NCBI GenBank assembly: GCA_964581295.1
Contig: CAZONX010000003.1
Span: forward strand, 2,406-66,405
DNA from: an uncultured Acidimicrobiaceae bacterium
GTDB taxonomy: Bacteria > Actinomycetota > Acidimicrobiia > Spongiisociales > UBA5794
Length of the DNA stretch: 64,000 nucleotides
Direction of reading: 5' to 3'
The notes under the pieces were generated by a model. It was not told the DNA's origin. It saw only the letters and a list, made by a program, of their open reading frames with translations, and made no database searches. The first letter of the stretch is position 1, and every line of letters begins with the position of its first letter. Below, piece after piece: positions 44,820-54,964 of this stretch. Both the position numbers and the translations under genes were made by a program.

Positions 44820-45928
44820 CAGTGGGTCCCCTGTGCTGCCGCAGCCGGTTCAGCCCGAGCAATCCGGCGGATCGAAAGCAGCCCGGCCAGAATCGAGAAG
44901 ACGAGAACGGCGAGAGTCACAGTGAACACGAGTCTCGTATCGACCGACAAAGGAAACGCGGGATTCGAGCCCAGCGTGGCGATCCATAGCGCCGCCGTTG
45001 CAAGCAGCGAACCGAGCAACACGAGGATCACGATCTGAAGGATCAATGACCACGCCAGGTAGCCGATCCCGGCGCCGATCGCACGCAGCGTCGTGAAGCT
45101 GCGCATCTTCTGGACCGTCAGGATCAGGAAGAAGAACCCGACAACGAGGACCACAATTCCGAAGGTGATACCGACGATCAGGGCGAAGCTTTGACTGATC
45201 GACTCCACTCCGGGGGTTCCCGCTGCGGCAACCTCGCGATCGAGGCCTTCGACACCGTCAACGGATGCGGTGATGCGGTCGCCCACTGCTCCGGAATCTT
45301 CACCAGGGTCCGTGTCTGCGCCCACCAGCGACAACGGAACGTACGGCGTTCCTGGGAACTCAGCTTCGTAAACGGCCGCCCACTCCTCAAAGCTGAGGTA
45401 CGCCGTCGCGATCACGGCGTATCTCACGTCTTCGGCATAGCCGACGATCTCGAGTTCGGTGCCGCTCGGCACCAGCGTGATCGTTTCGCCGATTTCGAAC
45501 CCTTCAGACACTCCGGACTCGTCTACCACCACCTCACCCCTGCCGGGAGAGCGGCCCTCTACGATTGGTTCGGGCCTTCCGGGCCCATTGAAATCGACCC
45601 CCCAGAGCGAGACATCAGTGAGGCTTCCACCCACCTCGGCAGTGAGGGTCAGCTCGCCTATCGGAGCCGCTGCAGACACGCCCGGCACGGCTGCCACCTG
45701 GTCGACGACGGATTGGTCGAGCCGGCTCGCCTGCAGGTTTCTTCTCGCCGTGTCCTCGTACACCAGGACTTCGGCTGAGTTGTTCTCGATCGCTCCAACG
45801 AAGAACCCGAGCAACGTTGCCGAAAGCGTGTTGAGAAACAGCAGGAGAAACACGAGGAGCGCGATCGCTCCGGCCAGCAGGCCGAAGCGCAGTTTCGAAC
45901 GCCAAAGATCTCGGAGAGCAACGAACAT
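44819..45928 (-). CDS. ABC transporter permease (FtsX-like), paralog
   Basis: Same architecture as the previous gene. Stop overlaps the next start by 1 nt (TGATG). Confidence 0.75.
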   Translation of the reverse strand: MFVALRDLWRSKLRFGLLAGAIALLVFLLLFLNTLSATLLGFFVGAIENNSAEVLVYEDTARRNLQASRLDQSVVDQVAAVPGVSAAAPIGELTLTAEVGGSLTDVSLWGVDFNGPGRPEPIVEGRSPGRGEVVVDESGVSEGFEIGETITLVPSGTELEIVGYAEDVRYAVIATAYLSFEEWAAVYEAEFPGTPYVPLSLVGADTDPGEDSGAVGDRITASVDGVEGLDREVAAAGTPGVESISQSFALIVGITFGIVVLVVGFFFLILTVQKMRSFTTLRAIGAGIGYLAWSLILQIVILVLLGSLLATAALWIATLGSNPAFPLSVDTRLVFTVTLAVLVFSILAGLLSIRRIARAEPAAAAQGTH

Positions 45929-45997
45929 AGGACTCCATGGTATGGAGCTATTCGGCCGAACCGATCAGGTGGCGCCCGGATCTCAACTGTTCAGGCA

Positions 45998-46116
45998 CGC
46001 CAACGCAAGGACCCCTTGCACAGCAAGGGGTCTCGGCGTGCTCCTTCGGAGTCCGTTGCACGCCCGAAGTAACCCGACCCTGTCGCTTTGCGACAGACCC
46101 CATCCTCTTGATCCGT
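45998..46116. repeat. ~118-bp three-hairpin intergenic element, copy 1
   Basis: ~85% identical to 63735..63851. Conserved hairpins GACCCCTTG-(loop)-CAAGGGGTC, CTCC-TTCG-GGAG and GTCGC-TTT-GCGAC. Differences are concentrated in loops and linkers. Confidence 0.6.
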
Positions 46117-46355
46117 AGTCACACAACCCTCATGCCAAACCGTACCGCCCAGTGCTGTCACGTCATACCCAGTACGGGCTTCCGCTGGTCGCTGTACCGC
46201 CCCGTACCACGCCGTTGGGTTGCAGATCGGGTTGCGGAACGTAGCGCGGCCCGAGACCAGATCTCGTCGGTTGGAGCCCCGTCAGAGGTGGCACCGCAAG
46301 ACCTGTCGTGGCGTGCCAGGGAACACACCGAGCCACCGCTCCGAGCGTTCGCCCG

Positions 46356-48299
46356 TCAGGGGGTGACGATGTTGAACCAGAAGTTCGATCCAAGATCGTC
46401 GAGCGAACCCAGCAGCTCTCCGAGCTCTTCCCGGCTTCCGTCGACCTGAACAGTGCCATTCTCGATCTCTGTGTCCACATCGGATTGACCGGCAAGAATC
46501 TTGTTCAGAGTCGCACGGTCCAGGGTCACCGTGGCATCGGCCGTCGGTTCCGAGTAATCGGACCAATGGTTCAACACCGAGTTCTCGAGGAAGAGAGTGT
46601 GCTTCTCCTTGATATCCGGGAGATTGAAATTGATCGCCAGGGTCTTGCCCTCTGCCCGCTTCGCATTCAGCTGAACGCCCATGTAACCGAAAACGAGCTT
46701 CAGAGACATGTTCGCGATGATGTCGGGCGAGGTCGTGTTCGGGGTGGGTAGCTCCATCACGCCATTTCGTAGCTCACTGGCGCCGGCGAGATAGAAGTTC
46801 CGCCACGGCCCGCTCTCTGCCTGATACCCCATCTGCTCGAGTGCATCGGCCTGCAGACTCCTCGCCTCCTGATTGTCGGGCTGAGCGAAGACAAGATGAT
46901 TGATGAGCTCGGCAGCCCAGCGATACTCTCCCTGTGCGATCGCTTCGGTGCCGATCTCGAGCACTCGCGCTGCTCCACCCATCGCCGTCACGTATTTCAG
47001 ACCCACCTCTACTGGTGGTAGTGGATCCAAATGCGCCGGGTTTCCATCGAAGTAACCCAGATAGAAGTTGTACACGGCGCGGACGTTGTGACTCTGGGAG
47101 CCGTAGTAGCCGTGCGTCGACCATTGCTCAATGAGCGATTGCGGAATCTCGACGAGATCCGGCAACTCGTTCATCGTGTAACCCATATTGGCAAAGTGCA
47201 GCGTCTGGTCGTGTAGGTACTTGTAGATATCGCGCTGTGCCTTGATGTGGTCGACGACTTCCTCGTTCCCCCAGGTTGGCCAGTGATGCTGGGCGATCTC
47301 GACCTCGACTTCGCCGCCGTACGTCTTCAAGACCTCATTCAGATAGCCCGGCCACTTCTGCGCGTCCCGCGTTTTCGCGCCGCGGAGCGTGTAGAGATTG
47401 TGCATGTTGTGCGTCGAGTCTTCGGCCATATTGAGCATCTTGAACTTCGGCATGTACCACATCATCTCCGAGGGAGCCTCGGAGCCTGGCGCCATGACAA
47501 ATACGTGCTCGATCCCGTCAATCGTGTGTCTCTCGCCGGTCTTCTCGATGAGATGCGTGGGTGCGATCACCGTTGTCTCTCCCGACGAAGTCGTGATTCC
47601 GAGACCGGCGGTCATCTGCCCCGTCGGGCCCTTCGGAAGCAGATTGCCGTACATGTAGCTTGCGCGGCGCCCCATTGCGGTCCCCGCGTATACGTTCTCC
47701 TCGATCGCGTCGTCAAGGAAGCCTGAGGGCGCGAAGATCGGCACCTCGCCCGCGTCCACCGCTTCCTCATCGACGATGCCCCGGACTCCCCCGAAATGAT
47801 CGATGTGCGAATGGGTGTAGATCACGGCCGTGACGGGTTTCTTGCCGCGCTCGGCGCGGTAGAGCGCGAGTGCGTATCTCGCTGTCTCCTTGGAGATCAG
47901 AGGGTCAACGATGATGATGCCCTTGTCGCCTTCGACGATCGTCATGTTCGAGAGGTCCGCACCTCGAACTTGATAGACCCCTTCGACGACCTCGAACAAG
48001 CCGCTGTGCATCAGGAGCTGGGCCTGGCGCCACAGACTCGGATTCGCCGTCTTGGGCGCGGCCGCTTCATCCTTGATGAACGCGCGGAACGCATCGAGAT
48101 CCCAGACGACATTTCCGTCGGAGTCCTTGACCACGCCCTTGTTCGGGAGCTTGGCGATCAGGCCACGTTTGGCGTTCTCAAAGTCCCGGCTGTCGTTGAA
48201 AGGCAGAATCGAACGCAGTGCGTTGTTTGCTCTTCTTGTGACGGCTGAGGCGGGCTTCGACTCCGCGCTGGCGATCGCTGCGGGCTTTGCGTCGGTCAT
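46356..48299 (-). CDS. alkyl/aryl-sulfatase (SdsA1/BDS1-like: MBL-fold + SCP2-like + C-terminal domain)
   Basis: MBL motif THSHIDHFGG and alkyl-sulfatase dimerisation/C-terminal domains. 647 aa. Confidence 0.8.
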   Translation of the reverse strand: MTDAKPAAIASAESKPASAVTRRANNALRSILPFNDSRDFENAKRGLIAKLPNKGVVKDSDGNVVWDLDAFRAFIKDEAAAPKTANPSLWRQAQLLMHSGLFEVVEGVYQVRGADLSNMTIVEGDKGIIIVDPLISKETARYALALYRAERGKKPVTAVIYTHSHIDHFGGVRGIVDEEAVDAGEVPIFAPSGFLDDAIEENVYAGTAMGRRASYMYGNLLPKGPTGQMTAGLGITTSSGETTVIAPTHLIEKTGERHTIDGIEHVFVMAPGSEAPSEMMWYMPKFKMLNMAEDSTHNMHNLYTLRGAKTRDAQKWPGYLNEVLKTYGGEVEVEIAQHHWPTWGNEEVVDHIKAQRDIYKYLHDQTLHFANMGYTMNELPDLVEIPQSLIEQWSTHGYYGSQSHNVRAVYNFYLGYFDGNPAHLDPLPPVEVGLKYVTAMGGAARVLEIGTEAIAQGEYRWAAELINHLVFAQPDNQEARSLQADALEQMGYQAESGPWRNFYLAGASELRNGVMELPTPNTTSPDIIANMSLKLVFGYMGVQLNAKRAEGKTLAINFNLPDIKEKHTLFLENSVLNHWSDYSEPTADATVTLDRATLNKILAGQSDVDTEIENGTVQVDGSREELGELLGSLDDLGSNFWFNIVTP

Positions 48300-48574
48300 G
48301 GTGTCTCCTCTATCTGAAACCGGTCACTCTGGAGTTCGCTACGGACGAACTCTACGGATCGCTGGTTGGAAGCAATGCCAACCCAGAAACTCTCTCCGCA
48401 GACGCACCTCGGCGGATCACTCCACGGATCGACTATCGGAACGCCTCAACGGTGGTGTGGTTCGAATCTCCATTGGCGCATCAGACTCTCACGGTCCAAG
48501 TGCCCCGTAAACCAACGCAACCCTCGAATGCCGAACGAGCCACGCCGCGATCATGACGCAGCTCCGGCAATCGA

Positions 48575-48817
48575 CTACTCGTCCTGCTTGCTCTCTTCTT
48601 GGATGAGGGCTCGCAGCGTGTCGAAGAGTTCGGGAGGCGGTTGGGTGCGGCCTCGTTCGCGAATCACGCCCTTGAGTTTCGTCTCGAATTCAAAGGCGCT
48701 CATGCACGACGAGCAGCGTCTGAGGTGGAGCTTGATCCGGGAGGAATGGACGACCGAGATCTCATCATCCAGGTACTGGTAGATATATTCGATGGCGTGG
48801 TCACAACCGCTACTCAT
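48575..48817 (-). CDS. zinc-binding anti-sigma factor (ZAS family, RsrA-like)
   Basis: 80 aa. C5-x-H7 plus H-x3-C-x2-C (HLRRCSSC), characteristic of RsrA-type anti-sigma factors. Overlaps the sigma-factor gene by 8 nt. Confidence 0.75.
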   Translation of the reverse strand: MSSGCDHAIEYIYQYLDDEISVVHSSRIKLHLRRCSSCMSAFEFETKLKGVIRERGRTQPPPELFDTLRALIQEESKQDE

Positions 48818-49376
48818 GCGCCTGTCCTGTGATTCCGTGCTGCTCTGCCAGGTCCCACAACTTCTTCTGAAGCGCTTTTCTTCCCCGATGCAACCGAGAC
48901 ATCACGGTGCCGATCGGGATATCGAGGATCTCGGCAATCTCCTTGTATGAGAATCCTTCGACGTCGGCGTACAGCACCGGCATCCGAAACACTTCGGGAA
49001 GCGCCTCCAGCGCATCAGTGATATCCGTATCAACGAACGCATCGAGCATGTCCGCTTCGGCGCTCGGAGCCGCACCCGACACCTCACCGAGACGCTTGTA
49101 TAGGTACAGATCCTGGAGCTCACCCAACTCCACCTCGGACGGACGACGCTGCGCCTTGCGATACGTATTGATGTACGTGTTCGTCAAGATCCGATACAGC
49201 CACGCCTTGAGATTCGTGCCTTCTGTGTAGGAGTGATAGGCCCGATACGCCTTGAGGAACGTCTCCTGCACGACGTCTTGTGCATCAGCCGGGTTTCGTG
49301 TCATGCGCAACGCCGCCGAATACAACTGGGGCGCGTACTGCATCGCATCCCGCTCAAAGTCCGCCTGATCCGCCAC
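48810..49376 (-). CDS. ECF RNA polymerase sigma factor (SigR/SigE-like, sigma-70 regions 2 and 4)
   Basis: Region 2 (…[16 protein letters not shown]…[13 protein letters not shown]) and region 4 (…[28 protein letters not shown]). GTG start 49376 behind GGAGGGAG. Confidence 0.85.
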   Translation of the reverse strand: MADQADFERDAMQYAPQLYSAALRMTRNPADAQDVVQETFLKAYRAYHSYTEGTNLKAWLYRILTNTYINTYRKAQRRPSEVELGELQDLYLYKRLGEVSGAAPSAEADMLDAFVDTDITDALEALPEVFRMPVLYADVEGFSYKEIAEILDIPIGTVMSRLHRGRKALQKKLWDLAEQHGITGQAHE

Positions 49377-49482
49377 GGCGCTCCCTCCTAGGAGGCATGT
49401 ACTTTAGAGCGCAACCACATGCATCAGGCTCTGCGATCGCCCTGCCGCCCGGTCGGCACAAGCCGGTGTCTACGCTCAGGCC

Positions 49483-51441
49483 GTGATCTCGTATGTGCCC
49501 TCAACCATGCCTATCGTCGATCCGTCCCCGGTCATCGAGCGCGAGTGGATCGTCACCAACGGGATCGGCGGATACTCCTCGGGAACCATTGCAGGCGTGC
49601 TGACGCGGCGATACCACGGGCTATTGGTGGCCGCTCTCGATCCACCTCTCCGACGTACTGTCCTCGTCGCTAAACTCGACGACTCCGTCTCTTTCGGCGA
49701 AGATCCGGCACCTCTGTTCGCCAACCAATGGGGCGATGCGCAAGCACCGGTCGAGCCAAACGGGTTTCGGCACCTCATCCGATTCGATCTCGAGGGCACG
49801 ACGCCGGTGTGGTCGTACGAGATCGACGGCGCAGTACTCGAGAAGCGAGTCTGGATGACACCCGGTGCCAACACCACGTACGTTCGGTACGACTACCAGT
49901 CCGGTCCGCGCACCCTCCGTCTCGGAGCGAAGGTCTTGGTGAACCACCGCGACTTCCACCAGGCGACGCACTCCGGTGATTGGCGCATGGCGGTCCGAGA
50001 TGTCGCCCACGGCGTCAGAGTCGACGCTTTCGACGGCGCTGCACCCATCCACCTGCTCAGCGACGGTGCGTCGATCGAGCCGCGTCACGAGTGGTATCGA
50101 GACTACTTCTTGAGCGTTGAAGCATTCAGGGGTCTCGACGCGCTCGACGACAATCTGTACGCAGCCTACGTCGAAGCAACCCTCGAACCCGGCGAATCGG
50201 TCACCCTGGTAGCAAGCACCGAGCCGACGCCGTTGCTCGACGGTGCGGAAGCGCTGGCCGTGCGCACGCGATACGAGGCCGCCCTCATCGAGGTGGCCTC
50301 CGTCAACGGCGATGACCTCCTTGAGCGCCTGGTTCTGGCGGCCGACCAGTTCATCGTACGGAAATCATCCGATGGGGAGGAAGGCAGGACGGTGATCGCC
50401 GGGTACCACTGGTTCGGAGACTGGGGGCGAGACACGATGATTGCCCTTCCCGGGTTGAGACTGGCCACGGGGCGTCTCACCGAGGCCGCCCAGATTCTGC
50501 GCACGTTCGCTCGTCACGTTGATCGCGGGATGCTCCCGAACCGTTTCCCCGATGACGGCGACCTCCCCGAGTACAACACGATCGATGCGACGCTGTGGTT
50601 CTTCGAAGCGATCCGAGCCTTCCACGCCGTCGCCGACGACGTCGGATTGGTCGCCGACCTCTTCCCAGTGCTCGCGGACATCATCAGATGGCATCAGAAG
50701 GGGACTCGCTACGGGATTCGCGTCGACCCGGCCGATGGACTGCTCGCCGGCGGCGAACCGGGAGTTCAGTTGACATGGATGGACGCGAAGGTCGGCGATT
50801 GGGTAGTGACGCCGCGTATCGGCAAACCCGTCGAGATCAATGCCCTGTGGTACAACGCCCTCCGCATCATGGCCGATTTCGCTCGGACCCTCGGCGAGGA
50901 CCCGACACCGTACGACGCTGCGGCCGACACGGCGCAGAACGGTTTTGGGCGTTTCTGGAACGAAGAAAGAGGCTTCTGCTTCGACGTCATCGGCGGCCCG
51001 AACGGCGACGACGCGGCGCTCCGACCCAACCAACTGTTCGCCGTGTCGCTTTTTCACAGTCCGCTTCCCCCCGACCGTCAGCGCTCCGTGGTCGACGCCT
51101 GTGCTGCCTCGCTGCTGACGCCGCTCGGGCTTCGCACCCTCGGTCCGGACGAACCGGCGTATCGGGGTCGCTACGGCGGTGGACCGGTTGAACGCGACGG
51201 TGCATACCACCAGGGAACGGTGTGGCCGTGGCTCATCGGTCCGTTCGCCGATGCTCATCGGCGCGTCTACGACGACCCGGACGCCATCGAGAGCTTCCTT
51301 GATCCGCTCATCGCACACCTCGATGAATACGGCATGGGCAGCATCGCAGAGTGTGCCGAAGGAGATCCGCCACACGATCCACGAGCCACGATCGCCCAGG
51401 CATGGAGTGTCGCGGAAGTCTTGCGCGTGTTGCGGCGTTGA
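49483..51441 (+). CDS. glycogen-debranching-enzyme-type amylo-alpha-1,6-glucosidase (GDE_N_bis + GDE_C domains)
   Basis: 652 aa, …GYHWFGDWGRDTMIALPGL… (alpha/alpha)6-barrel GDE_C signature. Start could be GTG 49483 or ATG 49507. Confidence 0.8.
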   Translation: MISYVPSTMPIVDPSPVIEREWIVTNGIGGYSSGTIAGVLTRRYHGLLVAALDPPLRRTVLVAKLDDSVSFGEDPAPLFANQWGDAQAPVEPNGFRHLIRFDLEGTTPVWSYEIDGAVLEKRVWMTPGANTTYVRYDYQSGPRTLRLGAKVLVNHRDFHQATHSGDWRMAVRDVAHGVRVDAFDGAAPIHLLSDGASIEPRHEWYRDYFLSVEAFRGLDALDDNLYAAYVEATLEPGESVTLVASTEPTPLLDGAEALAVRTRYEAALIEVASVNGDDLLERLVLAADQFIVRKSSDGEEGRTVIAGYHWFGDWGRDTMIALPGLRLATGRLTEAAQILRTFARHVDRGMLPNRFPDDGDLPEYNTIDATLWFFEAIRAFHAVADDVGLVADLFPVLADIIRWHQKGTRYGIRVDPADGLLAGGEPGVQLTWMDAKVGDWVVTPRIGKPVEINALWYNALRIMADFARTLGEDPTPYDAAADTAQNGFGRFWNEERGFCFDVIGGPNGDDAALRPNQLFAVSLFHSPLPPDRQRSVVDACAASLLTPLGLRTLGPDEPAYRGRYGGGPVERDGAYHQGTVWPWLIGPFADAHRRVYDDPDAIESFLDPLIAHLDEYGMGSIAECAEGDPPHDPRATIAQAWSVAEVLRVLRR

Positions 51442-51477
51442 CCCAGGGAAGCATCACCCAACGGAGCCACACGAACC

Positions 51478-54141
51478 ATGACGACCGCCGAACACGCCAG
51501 ACTCGCGGACGATGCCGCGAACAATGCAGAGTGGAAGAACTGGGGCCCGTATCTGAGCGAACGGGCGTGGGGAACCGTGCGCGAGGACTACAGCGAGCAC
51601 GGAACGGCGTGGGATGCGGTTCCGCATGATCACGCCCGAAGCCGGGCGTATCGATGGAATGAGGACGGTCTCGCCGGCATCAGCGACCGTCGCCAGTACC
51701 TCTCCTTCTCCGTAGCTCTCTGGAACGGTGAGGACTCGATTCTCAAGGAGCGTCTCTTCGGTCTTTCGGGGCCGGAAGGCAACCACGGTGAGGACGTCAA
51801 AGAGGCGTACTACTACCTCGATGCCACGCCGACCCACAGCCATATGCAGATGCTCTACAAGTATCCCCAATCCGCGTTCCCCTACGACGAGCACGTCGCA
51901 GAGAATGGCAGGCGAGGGGCGGATGATCCCGAGTACGAACTGATCGACACCGGCGCCTTCGACGACGGGCGATACTTCGACGTCGACGTCTCGTATGACA
52001 AGGCCGGCCCGAACGACATGCTCATTCAGATCATGGTCACGAACCGTGGACCCGATGCCGCTCCGTGTGTTGTGCTCCCCACCCTCTGGTTTCGCAACAC
52101 GTGGAGTTGGGGCTACGAAGCGGGCCCGATGGCCGACGTGCCGGAGCGTCCGGAGATGCACGCGGCGCCGTTCATCAACGGTACGTCCACCATCGTCGCG
52201 GAGCACCCAGTCCTCGGCACCTACATCCTCTACGCCGAGGATGCTGGTGACCTGCTCTTCACTGAGAACGATACGAACAGCAAGCGGCTCTTCGCTTGGC
52301 CGCTCGCGACGCCGTACGTCAAGGACTCCTTCCACCGGTTCATCGTCGATGGAGAGACCGACGCCGTGAACCCGGCCCAGACCGGCACAAAAGCCGCAGC
52401 GGTCCATCGACTCGACCTCGACGCGGGTGAGACGAAAACGATCCGTCTCCGCCTCAGCAGCACAGCCCACGAAGCACCGTTCGACGACTTCGGCGAACTC
52501 GAATCTCTCCGTCGCGCCGAGGCCGACGAGTTCTATGGCACCGTCCTGAACGCAAGCCTCGATGCAGAGGAACGATTGGTCCAGCGACAGGCACTCGCGG
52601 GGATGATCTGGTCGAAACAGATGTACTACTACGACGTACGACAGTGGCTCCATGGCGATCCATCGGGTCCGAAGCCGCCGGAGAGCCGGCGATGGGGCAG
52701 GAACCGAGACTGGGAGCACCTGAACAACTTCGACATCATCTCCATGCCGGACGCCTGGGAGTACCCGTGGTTCGCGGCGTGGGATCTTGCGTTCCATACC
52801 GTGCCGCTGGCACTGGTTGACCCGGAGTTCGCCAAGCGCCAACTCCGGCTGATGACCCGCGAGTGGTATATGCATCCCAACGGGCAGATCCCCGCCTACG
52901 AGTGGGCATTTGGTGACGTCAACCCGCCCGTCCATGCCTGGGCGACTCGGCGCGTGTTCGAGATCGAAGCCGAGCAGACCGGTACGAGGGACACCGCATT
53001 CCTCAAGACGGTCTTTCACAAACTGCTCCTCAACTTCACGTGGTGGGTCAACATGAAGGACACCGATGGGAACAACGTGTTCCAGGGCGGCTTCCTTGGG
53101 TTGGACAACATCAGCGTCTTCGACCGCAGCGCCGCGCTCCCAACCGGCGGGCACATCGACCAATCTGACGGCACCGCTTGGATGGGGTTCTTCACGCTCG
53201 AAATGCTGAAGATCGCACTCGAGCTCTCGAAGGACGATCCGGTTTACCAGGACCTCGCCACGAAGTTCTTCGAACACTTCCTAGCGATCGCCGGCGCCAT
53301 GGCGGACGTGGGGGGTAGCCACGGCCTCTGGGATCCGGAAGACGGCTTCTACTACGACGTGCTCCATCTGCCCGACGGTTCGTCGACCCAACTGAAGGTG
53401 CGCTCGCTCGTGGGACTGATGCCGCTCCTCGCCGTCGATGTCGTTGGACACGATCGGGTCGAAGGCCTGACAGCGTTCACCCGGCGCACGCGCTGGTTCC
53501 TCGAGAACCGTCCCGAGATGCGACAGCACCTCACTGTGGAACTGGGAAAGGGATCGGATGGGCGCTATCTCGTCTCGATCCTCTCGAAGGAGCGAGTTGT
53601 TGCTCTCCTGAAGTACATGCTGGATGAGGATGAATTCCTCTCGCCGTACGGGATCCGGTCGCTGTCAAAGGTCCACGAAGCCAACCCATACCGCCTGAGT
53701 TTCGCCGACGAAACGTTCGAAATCGGCTACGAGCCGAACGAATCCACAGCGGACCTGTTCGGCGGCAATTCGAACTGGAGGGGACCAGTTTGGTTCCCGA
53801 TCAACTTCCTTCTCATCGAGGCACTCCGAGAGATCCACCGTTACTACGGCGATGATCTCCGTGTCGAGATGCCCACCGGATCTGGGGTAGTGATGAACCT
53901 CGCCGATGTCGCCGATGACTTGTCGCGACGCCTCATCGCTCTTTTCCTCCCAAGCGCCGAGGGGGACCGACCCGCCCACGGCGGCGTCGACCGATACCGG
54001 GACGATCCGAATTGGAACGACCTCGTACTGTTCTACGAGTACTTCTCCGGAGATACCGGAGCCGGACTCGGAGCCAGTCACCAGACGGGTTGGACGGGCC
54101 TCGTCGCCACGCTGCTGCAAGGCCAAGGAGAAGAACGATGA
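51478..54141 (+). CDS. GH63-like (MGH1-like) glycoside hydrolase, large form
   Basis: 887 aa. N-terminal beta-sandwich plus C-terminal (alpha/alpha)6 barrel with processing-alpha-glucosidase-I-type motifs (…WEYPWFAAWDLAFH…, …NWRGPVWFPINFLL…). Confidence 0.75.
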   Translation: MTTAEHARLADDAANNAEWKNWGPYLSERAWGTVREDYSEHGTAWDAVPHDHARSRAYRWNEDGLAGISDRRQYLSFSVALWNGEDSILKERLFGLSGPEGNHGEDVKEAYYYLDATPTHSHMQMLYKYPQSAFPYDEHVAENGRRGADDPEYELIDTGAFDDGRYFDVDVSYDKAGPNDMLIQIMVTNRGPDAAPCVVLPTLWFRNTWSWGYEAGPMADVPERPEMHAAPFINGTSTIVAEHPVLGTYILYAEDAGDLLFTENDTNSKRLFAWPLATPYVKDSFHRFIVDGETDAVNPAQTGTKAAAVHRLDLDAGETKTIRLRLSSTAHEAPFDDFGELESLRRAEADEFYGTVLNASLDAEERLVQRQALAGMIWSKQMYYYDVRQWLHGDPSGPKPPESRRWGRNRDWEHLNNFDIISMPDAWEYPWFAAWDLAFHTVPLALVDPEFAKRQLRLMTREWYMHPNGQIPAYEWAFGDVNPPVHAWATRRVFEIEAEQTGTRDTAFLKTVFHKLLLNFTWWVNMKDTDGNNVFQGGFLGLDNISVFDRSAALPTGGHIDQSDGTAWMGFFTLEMLKIALELSKDDPVYQDLATKFFEHFLAIAGAMADVGGSHGLWDPEDGFYYDVLHLPDGSSTQLKVRSLVGLMPLLAVDVVGHDRVEGLTAFTRRTRWFLENRPEMRQHLTVELGKGSDGRYLVSILSKERVVALLKYMLDEDEFLSPYGIRSLSKVHEANPYRLSFADETFEIGYEPNESTADLFGGNSNWRGPVWFPINFLLIEALREIHRYYGDDLRVEMPTGSGVVMNLADVADDLSRRLIALFLPSAEGDRPAHGGVDRYRDDPNWNDLVLFYEYFSGDTGAGLGASHQTGWTGLVATLLQGQGEER

Positions 54142-54875
54142 TTCCTAGCGCCACCTCCGCCGAGGTTCCGTATCTCACCACCGATCAGATGATCGAGGTT
54201 GACCGAGCCATGATGGAGGACTACCGAATCGACCTGGTCCGAATGATGGAGAATGCCGGGAGGAACCTGGCTCACCTCGCACGGGAACGGTTCCTTGGTG
54301 GCGACCCACGAGGACTTCGGGTCGTCGTGCTCGCCGGGACCGGAGGAAACGGCGGTGGTGCTCTCGTCGCTGCCCGCCGACTTCACAACTACGGGGCCAT
54401 CGTCCGCGTCCTTGTGACGAAGCCCATCGACGAGTTCGCGCCCGTGCCCGGGCGACAGTTCGACCTCCTGCACCGCATGGGGCTCACCATCGGATCATCC
54501 AGCGATGTGGAGTCGGTCGGAACGCTGGACGTCGTCCTCGACGGCGTAATCGGATACAGCCTCCAAGGCGCACCGCGGGGTGAGGCGGAAACGCTGATCC
54601 GCTGGGCGAATGAACAAGCAGCTCCCGTCCTCTCCCTCGACGCGCCATCCGGTGTCGACACAACGACCGGGACCGTGTTCGAACCTGCAATTCGGGCCGC
54701 GGCGACGATGACGCTCGCTCTCCCCAAGGAAGGGCTCAGAGCGCCCGGCGTTGAGACCCATGTTGGTGAGTTGTACCTCGCCGACATCAGCGTGCCGCCC
54801 GAGCTGTACGCCAGATTCCTCGGAATCGACGTAGGTCCAATCTTCGCCGAGGGCGACATCGTCCGGCTTGTGTAG
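54138..54875 (+). CDS. NAD(P)H-hydrate epimerase (YjeF N-terminal domain)
   Basis: Start MIPSAT, ATGA-overlapping the GH63 stop, RBS AAGGAG. YjeF_N motifs (…VVVLAGTGGNGGGALVAARRL…DGVIGYSLQG…). Confidence 0.75.
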   Translation: MIPSATSAEVPYLTTDQMIEVDRAMMEDYRIDLVRMMENAGRNLAHLARERFLGGDPRGLRVVVLAGTGGNGGGALVAARRLHNYGAIVRVLVTKPIDEFAPVPGRQFDLLHRMGLTIGSSSDVESVGTLDVVLDGVIGYSLQGAPRGEAETLIRWANEQAAPVLSLDAPSGVDTTTGTVFEPAIRAAATMTLALPKEGLRAPGVETHVGELYLADISVPPELYARFLGIDVGPIFAEGDIVRLV

Positions 54876-54964
54876 AGACAACCAAGAACCAAGACATGCG
54901 AGAGCCGGATCCCGGCTCTCAGCTTTCTCTGCTGGCTCGTTGGTCGGAACTGGCGACTTCCTGA

